In this document: one piece after another, positions 46,329 to 54,976 of the stretch
How the letters are laid out: each line of letters starts with the position of its first letter
Numbering within the stretch: position 1 is the first letter of the stretch
DNA from: an uncultured Pseudomonadota bacterium
Lineage (GTDB): Bacteria > Bdellovibrionota_B > Oligoflexia > Oligoflexales > CAIYRB01
Direction: 5' to 3'
NCBI GenBank assembly: GCA_903928445.1
Contig: CAIYRB010000194.1
Span: 25,301 to 89,300, forward strand
DNA: 64,000 bases
The notes under the pieces: model-generated
What the model was told of the DNA's origin: nothing
Databases searched by the model: none
Seen by the model: only the letters and a program-made list of their open reading frames with translations
Translations under genes and position numbers: made by a program

Positions 46329-46671
46329 CGCCGAGCACTACGTTGCCACTGCCCTGCAGCGACAAGGCTGGAGGATCCTAGCTCGCAATTTTCGCCACAT
46401 TGGCTTTGAACTCGACCTGGTCGCGTTAAAAAGCCAAACGCTGATCGTCGTTGAGGTGAAGGCGCGTCGCCACCGCCCAGACTCGGAGCGCGAACTCAGT
46501 CAACTCTTACCACGGAAAAAGCGCGAAGCCCTGCTGCGTGGTGCCACAGCAATGAGTTCGCGCCTTGAAACTACCTACAACACCATCAGGATCGACTTAG
46601 CCATCGTCTACAGGGGCGATCAAGGTCGCCCATGCATCGACTACCACGTCAATGCCCTAACCCATTACTGA
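46243..46671 (+). CDS. yraN: YraN-family (UPF0102) endonuclease-like protein
   Basis: AEHYVATALQRQGWRILARNFRHIGFELDLVALKSQTLIVVEVKAR. Start uncertain: the ORF-track ATG overlaps rnhB by 86 nt, and an in-frame TTG near 46281 is possible. Confidence 0.75.
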   Translation: MSSTAFAHCTGLALPRLNLTSKQRRSSADAEHYVATALQRQGWRILARNFRHIGFELDLVALKSQTLIVVEVKARRHRPDSERELSQLLPRKKREALLRGATAMSSRLETTYNTIRIDLAIVYRGDQGRPCIDYHVNALTHY

Positions 46672-47108
46672 GCTGGTTCAGCACCGGTGTCTTGCTGCGA
46701 CGGAGCGTCTGCACCTGGGATGGCCATGAGCTCACGCTTGCCGTGGAAGCGACTGCGAATCCGCGCGGCCTTACCAGCCAAATCGCGCAAGTAGTATAGA
46801 CGCGAGCGACGGACGATCCCCGAGGCGACCACTTCCACCGAGTCAACGAACGGCGAGTAGAGGGGGAAACAACGCTCAACGCCAACGCCGTTAGCACCGA
46901 TTTTACGCACGGTGAAGCTGGCGTCCGCGGTCCCTTTGCGGAAGCGGATCACCACGCCCTCGTATTGCTGGATGCGAAACTTTGCCTTATCCGCACCTTC
47001 CTGGATTTTATAGGAAATGCGGACGGTGTCACCCGAGCGGAAGGCTGGGTGTTGCTTGCGTTCGCTAAAAACGCGCTTTTCGAACTGGGCGATAATGCTA
47101 TTCTTCAT
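46665..47108 (-). CDS. rplS: 50S ribosomal protein L19
   Basis: PAFRSGDTVRISYKIQEG...FEGVVI...FTVRKI..GVGVER.FPL.SP....EVV..G.VRRSRLYYLR..GKAARI. Carries about 30 extra residues at the C-terminus. Start trimmed to MKNSII. Confidence 0.95.
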   Translation of the reverse strand: MKNSIIAQFEKRVFSERKQHPAFRSGDTVRISYKIQEGADKAKFRIQQYEGVVIRFRKGTADASFTVRKIGANGVGVERCFPLYSPFVDSVEVVASGIVRRSRLYYLRDLAGKAARIRSRFHGKRELMAIPGADAPSQQDTGAEPAQ

Positions 47109-47219
47109 GACAAAACCCACAGTAGCAAAGAATGTTGTGCCTAACTCAGGCATACGGGAGCAGACTACGTATCGCGTCTTGCTTGCCGCGGTCAAGGCCT
47201 GTTCCAGCCCTCACCACGA

Positions 47220-47732
47220 CTAAGCGCGCTTGCGACTGCCGACCGCTGCGGTCTTGACCTTGTCCTTGGCTTTGAACAAGAGCGCAGCGAGGCCATCGGC
47301 TTCGGCATCGGCAAATACCTGACCGAGATCCTCGCGGTCCTCGGTCCGCATGAGGGTGCGCATCTTGGGCATGAGGATTTGCTCTTCCTGCTCAAAATGC
47401 TTGACTAAAACGGCATGCAGCTCGGCTAGATGCGGGGCAAAGTCAGGCTGCTCCTCACCGCTCTTGGACCAAAGCTTCGCCAGTGACTTTAGGTGCCTAT
47501 CGATGATCGCAGCATTGGCTGCGCCAATCGCCACGAGGTTATCGGCACCCGGAAATAGACCAGCGATTTCGGGGTACAAATAGTCCTGTTCAAGGGTCAT
47601 ATAGGCTTCTAATCGCTGCGTCAGGGCAGCAAACTCCAAACGCCGCTGGTTACTACAGGTCGTGGTCTCTAGTTGACTGCAAGCCGCTGTAATAGCGTCA
47701 TGGTGGGACTTGAGAAAGTGCAAGATATCCAT
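47220..47732 (-). CDS. Hemerythrin-like (HHE cation-binding) domain protein
   Basis: LKSHHDAI..., HFEQEEQILMP, all-helical. Start trimmed to MDILHF. Confidence 0.7.
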   Translation of the reverse strand: MDILHFLKSHHDAITAACSQLETTTCSNQRRLEFAALTQRLEAYMTLEQDYLYPEIAGLFPGADNLVAIGAANAAIIDRHLKSLAKLWSKSGEEQPDFAPHLAELHAVLVKHFEQEEQILMPKMRTLMRTEDREDLGQVFADAEADGLAALLFKAKDKVKTAAVGSRKRA

Positions 47733-48021
47733 GATTGACTCTCCTCGCTGTACATCCGCTACAACCACCACAAAGACTCTGGATTCTGGCATTTAGGTTG
47801 TGCAGGCTCGCTTAGCGACTCACCCTTTAGACAAAATTCCCTAGGTAAGCAACCAAAGAATTCGTTGACAACAGCAGGAAGAATCTAGTCGATACCCCTT
47901 ATCAACCTCTAACTTTGGCGCCAGGCGGTCGCTTTCTTGCCTGGATCACCCCCGCGAGCTAAAGTGGGGCGCGGCAGCGGCGAAGGCGCCGCCACCAAGC
48001 ACCTACACAGAGGACCTAAAC

Positions 48022-49086
48022 GTGATTTCGCCGACGGTTGGAAGCATTGCCGACAGGATTCGCAGCGGCGCCGTCATCAGCACGGAGGAGGCCGAGGCCC
48101 TGTGGACGCATGCTGGCGACCAGTTGCTCAGCGAGCTAGCAACCACCGTTCGCGACCGACTGCACCAGCCGCAGACCGCGACCTATATCAAAATGGCGAT
48201 CGTCAATTACACCAACGTCTGCGTGGCCAAGTGTGATTACTGCTCGTTTTATCGTCTGCCGCACCAAAGTGGGACCTATTTACTCGACTTCGATCAAGTC
48301 TGCGCCAAGATCGACGCCTTGGTGGCCTTCGGCGGCAAGTTGGTCGGCTTTAATGGCGGCTTCCATCCGCAACTGCGACTGCATGACTATGCCGAATTAT
48401 TTTCGCGCATCCACGCCCGCTACGGTGACGACTTGGCCTTTTACGAAATGACCGTGGCCGAATTCATGTTCAGCTGCAAGCTGTCGAAGATACCCTACGA
48501 CGAAGGTGCGCAGATCCTGCGCCAAGCAGGAACCAGGTGGATCACCGGGGGTGGCGCTGAGATTTTGGATGACGGCTTTCGGCGGCGGCACAGTCCAGGA
48601 AAGTACACAGTGGCCGATTATTTCTTGGCGCAGCGAGCCATCCTCGCAGCCGGCCTTGGATCGACAGCAACCATGGTGATCGGCTTTGACGAAACACTGG
48701 CGGAGCGCCTCAATCACCTGGCCAGCCTAAGGTCCTTCCAAGACAGCGTCGGCGGCGGACTCACTAGCTTTCTGTGCTGGACCTACAAACCCTGGAACAA
48801 CGTCCTCGGCGGCACTGAATTAAGCATCACCGAGTACCTCCGTTGGCTCGCCATTAGCCGGATTTACCTGCACAATATTAGGCATATACGGACCTCCGTG
48901 CTGACCAAGAACGAAGCTGCGTTGCAAGGGCTTCGCTACGGCGCCAACGACTTCGACCTACCGACCGAAGACGAGGTGACGCAAATGGCTGGAGCCACCA
49001 TCTCTCACGACTTCACCCAAGTTCTCGCTGCAGCACGCACCGAGGGCTATGAGCCGATTCTGCGCGATGCCTTCCAGCCTGGTTAA
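48022..49086 (+). CDS. Radical SAM enzyme of the MqnC/MqnE (futalosine-pathway)/CofH-like family, divergent
   Basis: VNYTNVCVAKCDYCSFYR (CxxxCxxC cluster in the NYTN.C context), GGAEIL, TATMVIGFDET..ERL.HL..LR..QD...GLTSF. GTG start. Confidence 0.72.
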   Translation: MISPTVGSIADRIRSGAVISTEEAEALWTHAGDQLLSELATTVRDRLHQPQTATYIKMAIVNYTNVCVAKCDYCSFYRLPHQSGTYLLDFDQVCAKIDALVAFGGKLVGFNGGFHPQLRLHDYAELFSRIHARYGDDLAFYEMTVAEFMFSCKLSKIPYDEGAQILRQAGTRWITGGGAEILDDGFRRRHSPGKYTVADYFLAQRAILAAGLGSTATMVIGFDETLAERLNHLASLRSFQDSVGGGLTSFLCWTYKPWNNVLGGTELSITEYLRWLAISRIYLHNIRHIRTSVLTKNEAALQGLRYGANDFDLPTEDEVTQMAGATISHDFTQVLAAARTEGYEPILRDAFQPG

Positions 49087-49160
49087 ACAGCACCTGGACT
49101 CTTGGATAAACCAGGCGAAGTTTTGCGAGAAGAAAACTGGCCGTTCGGCCACTCATCCGG

Positions 49161-49190
49161 TTGACAGGCCCAGCCCTCGCCCGCTACCAT
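49161..49190 (+). promoter_or_regulatory. Candidate sigma70-type promoter (-35 TTGACA, 18-nt spacer, -10 TACCAT)
   Basis: A perfect TTGACA at 49161-49166 and a 4/6 match to -10 at 49185-49190, about 68 nt upstream of the M14 peptidase ATG. Confidence 0.25.
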
Positions 49191-49257
49191 TTAACCTATA
49201 CCTACCTGATTAGAATTCTTCTCCTTTCCGTGCCAAAAACCAACGGAGTGAAGGGCC

Positions 49258-50238
49258 ATGGCGAAGCCGCTGCTGGGCCTGCTAGTCTGGCTGTTTGCCA
49301 CGACGCAGGCGCTAGCGCTTGAATTTTCCCATTATCATTCGCAAGTTGATATCGACAGCTATCTGCTTCAGATGGCGCGCGAACGGCCTGAGCTTGTGCA
49401 TTTTCATCACCTCGGCAGTTCGGAACAAGGCCGTCCTATAAACTACCTGGTCATTAGCCGCGGTGATCCCGAAAACCTCCCAGCGATCTTCCTCAATGGC
49501 ACCCACCATGGGGACGAACGCGCCAGCACCGAAACCGTCCTGGGTCTTATCGACTTTTTGATCCTTAACCACCAGTCGCCGCAGCTCAAAGAGCTTTTGA
49601 GCAGCTACGCGATTTACCTCCAACCCCTGGTAAACCCAGACGGATTTGCTCTTGGCACGAGGTTCGACGCCCGCGGCTTTGATCCCAATCGCGACTACGC
49701 TTTTCCTGGCCGCAGCGAGGAGGATTCGTTCAAGACCAAGCCGATCCGCCTGGTCAAAGAGCTTGTCAGCAGCATGCGCTTTCGCGCCGCCCTGGCCTTC
49801 CATTCCGGCATGGAAGGGGTGCTTTGGGCCTGGGCGCATACCGCTGACCGGGCACCGGATCACGACCTCTACTACACTCTGGCCAAGCTCACTGCCGGCG
49901 CCATGGCCATGCCCCGCTACGTCCAGTCGTATCACGATTATCCAGCACTCGGAGAATTCATCGATTTTGTTTACATGAACTACGGCACCTTAGCGCTGAC
50001 GGTTGAAGTCGCCAATGAACCGTCACCGCCCGCCCGCGAGCTTGCGGGGGTCGTCAGGCGCGCCATCGGTGGCAGCGTCGCCTTCATGCTGGCCATCCTC
50101 GAACTCGATAGGGGCCAACTGCGGATCGAACATCAAGCGACCAGCGCTAGTACGACTTGGCCAGCTAGTATCCCGCCGGCAAAGATTGCAACCACTCGCG
50201 GACGGCAAGGGGGCGGAGCCAGCCCACTTAGTCGCTAG
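49258..50238 (+). CDS. Secreted M14-family zinc carboxypeptidase
   Basis: Signal peptide. Zinc ligands in HHGDE (HxxE), then NPDG, DPNRDY and AFHSG. Confidence 0.85.
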   Translation: MAKPLLGLLVWLFATTQALALEFSHYHSQVDIDSYLLQMARERPELVHFHHLGSSEQGRPINYLVISRGDPENLPAIFLNGTHHGDERASTETVLGLIDFLILNHQSPQLKELLSSYAIYLQPLVNPDGFALGTRFDARGFDPNRDYAFPGRSEEDSFKTKPIRLVKELVSSMRFRAALAFHSGMEGVLWAWAHTADRAPDHDLYYTLAKLTAGAMAMPRYVQSYHDYPALGEFIDFVYMNYGTLALTVEVANEPSPPARELAGVVRRAIGGSVAFMLAILELDRGQLRIEHQATSASTTWPASIPPAKIATTRGRQGGGASPLSR

Positions 50239-50314
50239 AAATTTGCCGTGGTAGGCATACTGATTTCTTTGAAATAGTCGTATTATAGACCAAAGCAATC
50301 GGAGGAGAAGCAGT

Positions 50315-50551
50315 ATGAGCGAACGGTTTAAGTACGTTCTCAGGCTATTGATGGTGGGGATAGCCTGGGTCTTTATCTTGTCCATTCGTTGGGATGGAAG
50401 GCCCATCTTCTACTCCGCCAACGAGCTACTGGTGCAAAACCCGGTCGTACGCAGCATCGACTCTGGGCTCAACGATGCCTGGCAGCGCCTGCAGCGGGCC
50501 GCCCATGTGGCCTTTGCGAAGAACACACCCGACGACACCCACTCGCTTTAA
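50315..50551 (+). CDS. Small membrane protein (78 aa), hypothetical
   Basis: Strong RBS GGAGGAG 7 nt upstream. One TM segment (LLMVGIAWVFILSI). Confidence 0.55.
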   Translation: MSERFKYVLRLLMVGIAWVFILSIRWDGRPIFYSANELLVQNPVVRSIDSGLNDAWQRLQRAAHVAFAKNTPDDTHSL

Positions 50552-50657
50552 CCTCGCCTAGCGGCGTCCTCCTCTGCTACTCTATGGCCCGAACCACATA
50601 GACTCATCTTGTCGGTTCGCAGCCTTACCCATAGACCCACAGATAAGAGGACCCGCC

Positions 50658-51224
50658 GTGGCCGTACTTGATGTCGTCCTTTGGCCTGCCCCAGTCCTAG
50701 AGACACGCGCATCCGAAGTCTCCGAGTTCAACGCCGGGCTGAGGCAGTTCGTGGCTAACATGCACGAGACCATGCATGCTGCCGGCGGTATCGGCCTGGC
50801 GGCAAATCAAGTCGGCGATCTGCGTCGCGTGATCACTATTGAAATCCCTTGGAGTGAGGCTCGCGACGGCGAGGAGCTCGAGGCCAAGGAGTGGTGGCAC
50901 AATAAGACCTTCACCTTCGTCAATCCGGTCATCACGAAAAAGGCTGGCAAGTTCAAGTTTCAGGAAGGCTGTCTCAGCTTTCCTGATCTGTTTGAATTTG
51001 TCGATCGCGCCGCCGAGGTGTGGGTCTCGGCCAAGGACGAACACGGCAAGCCCTTCGAGCTCCATGCCAACGGCCTGCTGGCCGTCTGCCTCCAGCACGA
51101 AATCGACCATATCGACGGCATCGTGTTTATCGACCGGATGAGCCGCCTGAAGGCTAATATGGCCCGCAAAAAACTCGCCCGCCGCGGTGCCCCCATCACC
51201 ACGACCGACCCGGTGAAGGCATGA
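50658..51224 (+). CDS. def: Peptide deformylase
   Basis: GIGLAANQVG, EGCLSFP, QHEIDHIDG. GTG start. Confidence 0.95.
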   Translation: MAVLDVVLWPAPVLETRASEVSEFNAGLRQFVANMHETMHAAGGIGLAANQVGDLRRVITIEIPWSEARDGEELEAKEWWHNKTFTFVNPVITKKAGKFKFQEGCLSFPDLFEFVDRAAEVWVSAKDEHGKPFELHANGLLAVCLQHEIDHIDGIVFIDRMSRLKANMARKKLARRGAPITTTDPVKA

Positions 51225-51895
51225 ATCCCATCATCGTTGCACCATCTCTTTTAGCTGCCGATTGCATGCATTTTGCCGAAGAAGTAGCCAGCGTCGAGAA
51301 GGCCGGAGCGAACTGGCATCACGTCGACGTCATGGATGGGCATTTCGTCCCCAACCTGACTTTTGGCCTACCGTTTGTTGCCGCACTAAAGAAAGTCGCC
51401 AAGATCCCGCTAGACGTCCATATCATGGTCGCAAATCCGGATGAGGTGGCGCTGGATTATGTCCGTGCCGGGGCCGACATCCTGATGTTTCATATCGAAG
51501 CCGCACGGCACCCACACCGGCTATGCCAAACCATCCGCGCCGCCGGAGCGAAAGTCGGTATCGCCCTCAATCCCGGCACGGCCCTCGAACTAGTCTACCC
51601 ACTCCTAGACGATGTCGACGTGATCATGCTCATGTCGGTGAACCCGGGCTTTGGTGGGCAAAAGTTTATCCCGCAAACGGTGGAGCGGGTAGCCGCCCTA
51701 AGCCGAGCCTTAAGCCTTCGCGGCCGGGCCAAGCAAGTCATCATTGAAGTCGACGGCGGGATCACCGCACAAACCGCTCCCCAAGTCGCGGCTGCTGGTG
51801 CGACCGCACTTGTTGCGGGCACCTTCGTCTTCGGAGCCAGCGACCGAGCCAAGGCGATCCACAGCCTGCATCTAGCGGGCAGCAGCGAGGCATGA
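51221..51895 (+). CDS. rpe: Ribulose-phosphate 3-epimerase
   Basis: HVDVMDGHFVPNLTFG, MSVNPGFGGQKF, VDGGI. ATGA overlap with def. Confidence 0.95.
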   Translation: MNPIIVAPSLLAADCMHFAEEVASVEKAGANWHHVDVMDGHFVPNLTFGLPFVAALKKVAKIPLDVHIMVANPDEVALDYVRAGADILMFHIEAARHPHRLCQTIRAAGAKVGIALNPGTALELVYPLLDDVDVIMLMSVNPGFGGQKFIPQTVERVAALSRALSLRGRAKQVIIEVDGGITAQTAPQVAAAGATALVAGTFVFGASDRAKAIHSLHLAGSSEA

Positions 51896-51896
51896 A

Positions 51897-53441
51897 TTGA
51901 GCAATGGCACGCCCTTCAAACTAGGCGAGGAGCGCCTCAGCAGCACCAAACTGGCCGAACTTGCCGCGACACCAAGGCCAAACGTCGTCGCCACGCCCAG
52001 CGCCAGGGCACGCCTAGCGCAGTACCGCAAGGGGGTTGAAGACGTCCTATCGAGCCAGGAACGCGTTTACGGCATCAACACTGGTTTTGGTTTTCTCGCC
52101 AATGTCGCCATCGAACCCGCCAAGTTGGCCCAGCTGCAAATCAACCTAGTACGCTCACATGCCTGCGGCGTCGGCGAGCCGGTTGACGACGTGATCGTCA
52201 GAGCCATGCTGATCCTGCGCGCCCATACTTTTCTGATCGGCCACAGCGGCGTCAGCTTAGGCACGATGGAGCAAATACTCCACTTCCTTGACCATGACTT
52301 GCTGCCAGTAGTCCCATGCCAAGGCAGCGTCGGCGCCTCGGGCGATTTAGCACCTCTGGCCCACCTTGCTCTTGGACTCATGGGTGAAGGCGACATCCGC
52401 TTGCAAGGACGCACCCTGCCGGCAGCTGAGGCACTGCAGAGTGTAGGCTTGAAGCCCCTGCAGCTGCAGGCAAAGGAAGGGCTGTCGCTGATTAACGGCA
52501 CGCAGTTTATGACGGCGATCGCCGCCTTTGCCGTCGCCGAAGCCCGCACCATCGCCGCCAGTGCAGATATCGCCGCGGCCATGAGCCTTGACGCAATCCG
52601 CGGCACCTTGACCGCCTTTGACCCCCGGATCCACGCAGTAAGGCCCCACCCCGGCCAGATCGCGGTTGCCGCCCACGTGTTCGGGCTGTTCACCGCCGAT
52701 GACCCGATCATGGCCAGCCATGCCGACTGCGGCAAGGTACAAGACCCCTATAGCTTTCGCTGCGTGCCTCAGGTGCACGGTGCCAGTCGCGATGCCATCG
52801 AGTACGCCGAACGAGTGGTGGATATCGAGCTAAATAGCGTTACCGACAACCCCTTGGTCTTTACCGGCGGCGACGTGTTGAGCGGCGGCAATTTCCACGG
52901 CCAGCCGATCGCCATGGCGATGGACTTTCTCGCCATCGCCGTCGCCGAGCTAGGCAGTATCGCCGAGCGGCGCATTGAAAAGATCACCAACCCGCATCAA
53001 AGCGGTCTGCCGGCTTTTGCGACTCGCGACAGCGGTCTAAACTCGGGCTTCATGATCCCCCATGTGGTCGCGGCGGCCCTCGTCTCGGAAAGCAAAATCC
53101 TCTGTCATCCCGCCAGCATCGACAGCATACCGACGTCGGCCGATCAAGAGGATCACGTCAGTATGGGCCCGATCGCCGCGCGCAAGGCCCGCCAGGTCAA
53201 TGGCAACGTTCGCAATATCTTGGCGATCGAGTTCCTTGCTGCAACTCAGGGCCTTGATCTTCTGCTGCCCTTGAAGCCCTCGGGCTTTATCGCCGCGCTG
53301 CTTGGTGAGATTCGCCTCATGGCTCCGGTGATGCACACCGACCGGTCGCTGCACAAAGAGATTGCGGCCGTCGCCCGGTGGCTGCAGGCAAATGGCCCGA
53401 TGCGCTGTGTTGCCAGGCTAAGAAATGGGATACAGTCATGA
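51897..53441 (+). CDS. hutH: Histidine ammonia-lyase
   Basis: MIO-forming GASGDLAPLAH, plus YGINTGFG. The selectivity motif reads LVRSHACGVG (Ser-His as in HAL, versus His-Leu in TAL and Phe-Leu in PAL). TTG start consistent with the HAL N-terminal length. Confidence 0.88.
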   Translation: MSNGTPFKLGEERLSSTKLAELAATPRPNVVATPSARARLAQYRKGVEDVLSSQERVYGINTGFGFLANVAIEPAKLAQLQINLVRSHACGVGEPVDDVIVRAMLILRAHTFLIGHSGVSLGTMEQILHFLDHDLLPVVPCQGSVGASGDLAPLAHLALGLMGEGDIRLQGRTLPAAEALQSVGLKPLQLQAKEGLSLINGTQFMTAIAAFAVAEARTIAASADIAAAMSLDAIRGTLTAFDPRIHAVRPHPGQIAVAAHVFGLFTADDPIMASHADCGKVQDPYSFRCVPQVHGASRDAIEYAERVVDIELNSVTDNPLVFTGGDVLSGGNFHGQPIAMAMDFLAIAVAELGSIAERRIEKITNPHQSGLPAFATRDSGLNSGFMIPHVVAAALVSESKILCHPASIDSIPTSADQEDHVSMGPIAARKARQVNGNVRNILAIEFLAATQGLDLLLPLKPSGFIAALLGEIRLMAPVMHTDRSLHKEIAAVARWLQANGPMRCVARLRNGIQS

Positions 53442-53475
53442 GCACTTTCTAGACACCTGACGCGAGGGTCCATCA

Positions 53476-53916
53476 TTGAGCGTTCTTCATCGCCACCTAC
53501 TGTTTCGCTTATCTTTGTTGACCCTGTGGGCACTCGGTGGCGTAGCTCTTGCCGAGGAGGCAAAACCGCTGCGAGTGGGCGGTGACTACCTCGTCACTGC
53601 GGTTGACCATAGCGGTGAGAGGGAGTTTCATGTCGAGTTTAAAGCGGTCACGCCAAGTGGCAAGTTCGACGTCCTGAATCTGCATAGCGATCATGTTCAC
53701 ATCGCCGTAAAGAAGGGCGAGAAGTTGCGATTATCGGCTGAAATTCTCAGCAGCAAAGGCGCCGTTGCCGAAGTTGCACAGATGGTGATCTTCCTGCCAA
53801 GCAACCTTGGGCCCACCCCGGTCTGGCTGCTGTCAAACCGTGCCAGTAACCATGAACTGCGCGCCGTCAAGTATCTCGAGATGCACTCGCCGCAGACGGA
53901 CTACGTCATCATGTAA
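53476..53916 (+). CDS. Hypothetical secreted protein
   Basis: Signal peptide LLFRLSLLTLWALGGVALA, beta-rich. No recognised domain. TTG start. Confidence 0.5.
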   Translation: MSVLHRHLLFRLSLLTLWALGGVALAEEAKPLRVGGDYLVTAVDHSGEREFHVEFKAVTPSGKFDVLNLHSDHVHIAVKKGEKLRLSAEILSSKGAVAEVAQMVIFLPSNLGPTPVWLLSNRASNHELRAVKYLEMHSPQTDYVIM

Positions 53917-53962
53917 ACTGGCGTCCGTCGTTGATGCTTAACCTTACAAGCCGGCTTCAAGC

Positions 53963-54976
53963 ATGCCACCGACAAAGATGCCAAGTGGTCTAACATACCT
54001 GCTATATACGTGGTCCGGACGTATACTGCTGCTGAACACCTTGGTGTTTTTACTCATCTGTGTTTATACCCGCAGCATCATGCTGCCAGATACTGCGGAC
54101 CTGGCCAGGCTCGGGGCCAAGGACACGGTGATGATCGCCCGGGGCGAGTTTTGGCGATTTCTGACGCCGATCTTTCTGCATATCGGACTGATCCACTTCG
54201 CCTTTAATTCTTATTTTCTCTACGCGGTCGGTTATCAGCTCGAGACCTTGCTCGGTGGTCCATGGTTTGTCGCCGTATATCTATTGGCAGGAATCTTCGG
54301 CAACCTGGCGAGTGCTGCGTTTAGCGTGACGATGAGCGCCGGCGCGTCCAGCTCTCTATTTGGCCTACTTGGCGCCGGTCTGTTCCTTGAGCGCCGCATC
54401 GGTTCGCATATCAAAGCGCAGACAGGACGAAGGCCAAAGCAGAGGGCTTACCTGATGACGGTGGTCATCAACCTGGGCTTTGGGCTGCTCATGCCCTTTA
54501 TCGACAACTCGGCGCATCTTGGTGGCTTGGCAGCCGGCTTGATCCTGACTGGAGCGATGGTCAATCTGCGTCCCAACCAGATGCAAGCTCGCCGCCCGCT
54601 GATTGGCGGCATATTGATCGCAAGTTTGATCGTGACTGGGTGCGCCATGGCTTACTACAGCATGACCCCGCGCTTCGTCGTGCCTCGCCTGGAAGCCGCG
54701 GCCGACCGTTCCGACGAACCAGCGGAACAAGTTTACCAATACTCGCAGGCCATGGCGCTTGATCCAGATGCGGACCGGATCGTGCTAAAGCGCATCCGCG
54801 CCTTTTTTGCGATGGGACGATACAGCAGTGGCCTAAATGACGCGCAGGTGCTGATCGCCAAAGGGGAGCAGCTCAAAGCTCTGAGCGAGCTGGCTGAGGA
54901 ATTGAGTCAGGAGGGCCACCCCACGGAATCGTGGGAATTACGCCGCATGCTGGCGCACGCTGGGCAAAGCATCTAA
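53963..54976 (+). CDS. Rhomboid-family intramembrane serine protease with a C-terminal TPR-like tail
   Basis: WRFLTPIFLH, catalytic GASSSLFGLLG (GxSx) and AHLGGLAAG (His). Six or seven TM segments, followed by a soluble helical tail. Confidence 0.85.
   Translation: MPPTKMPSGLTYLLYTWSGRILLLNTLVFLLICVYTRSIMLPDTADLARLGAKDTVMIARGEFWRFLTPIFLHIGLIHFAFNSYFLYAVGYQLETLLGGPWFVAVYLLAGIFGNLASAAFSVTMSAGASSSLFGLLGAGLFLERRIGSHIKAQTGRRPKQRAYLMTVVINLGFGLLMPFIDNSAHLGGLAAGLILTGAMVNLRPNQMQARRPLIGGILIASLIVTGCAMAYYSMTPRFVVPRLEAAADRSDEPAEQVYQYSQAMALDPDADRIVLKRIRAFFAMGRYSSGLNDAQVLIAKGEQLKALSELAEELSQEGHPTESWELRRMLAHAGQSI

Noticed and set aside
51897-53441. The ammonia-lyase as a phenylalanine/tyrosine ammonia-lyase or aminomutase of secondary metabolism.
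   Set aside because: The selectivity dipeptide is Ser-His (the HAL type), and the protein is co-linear with HutH. No biosynthetic cluster lies around it.
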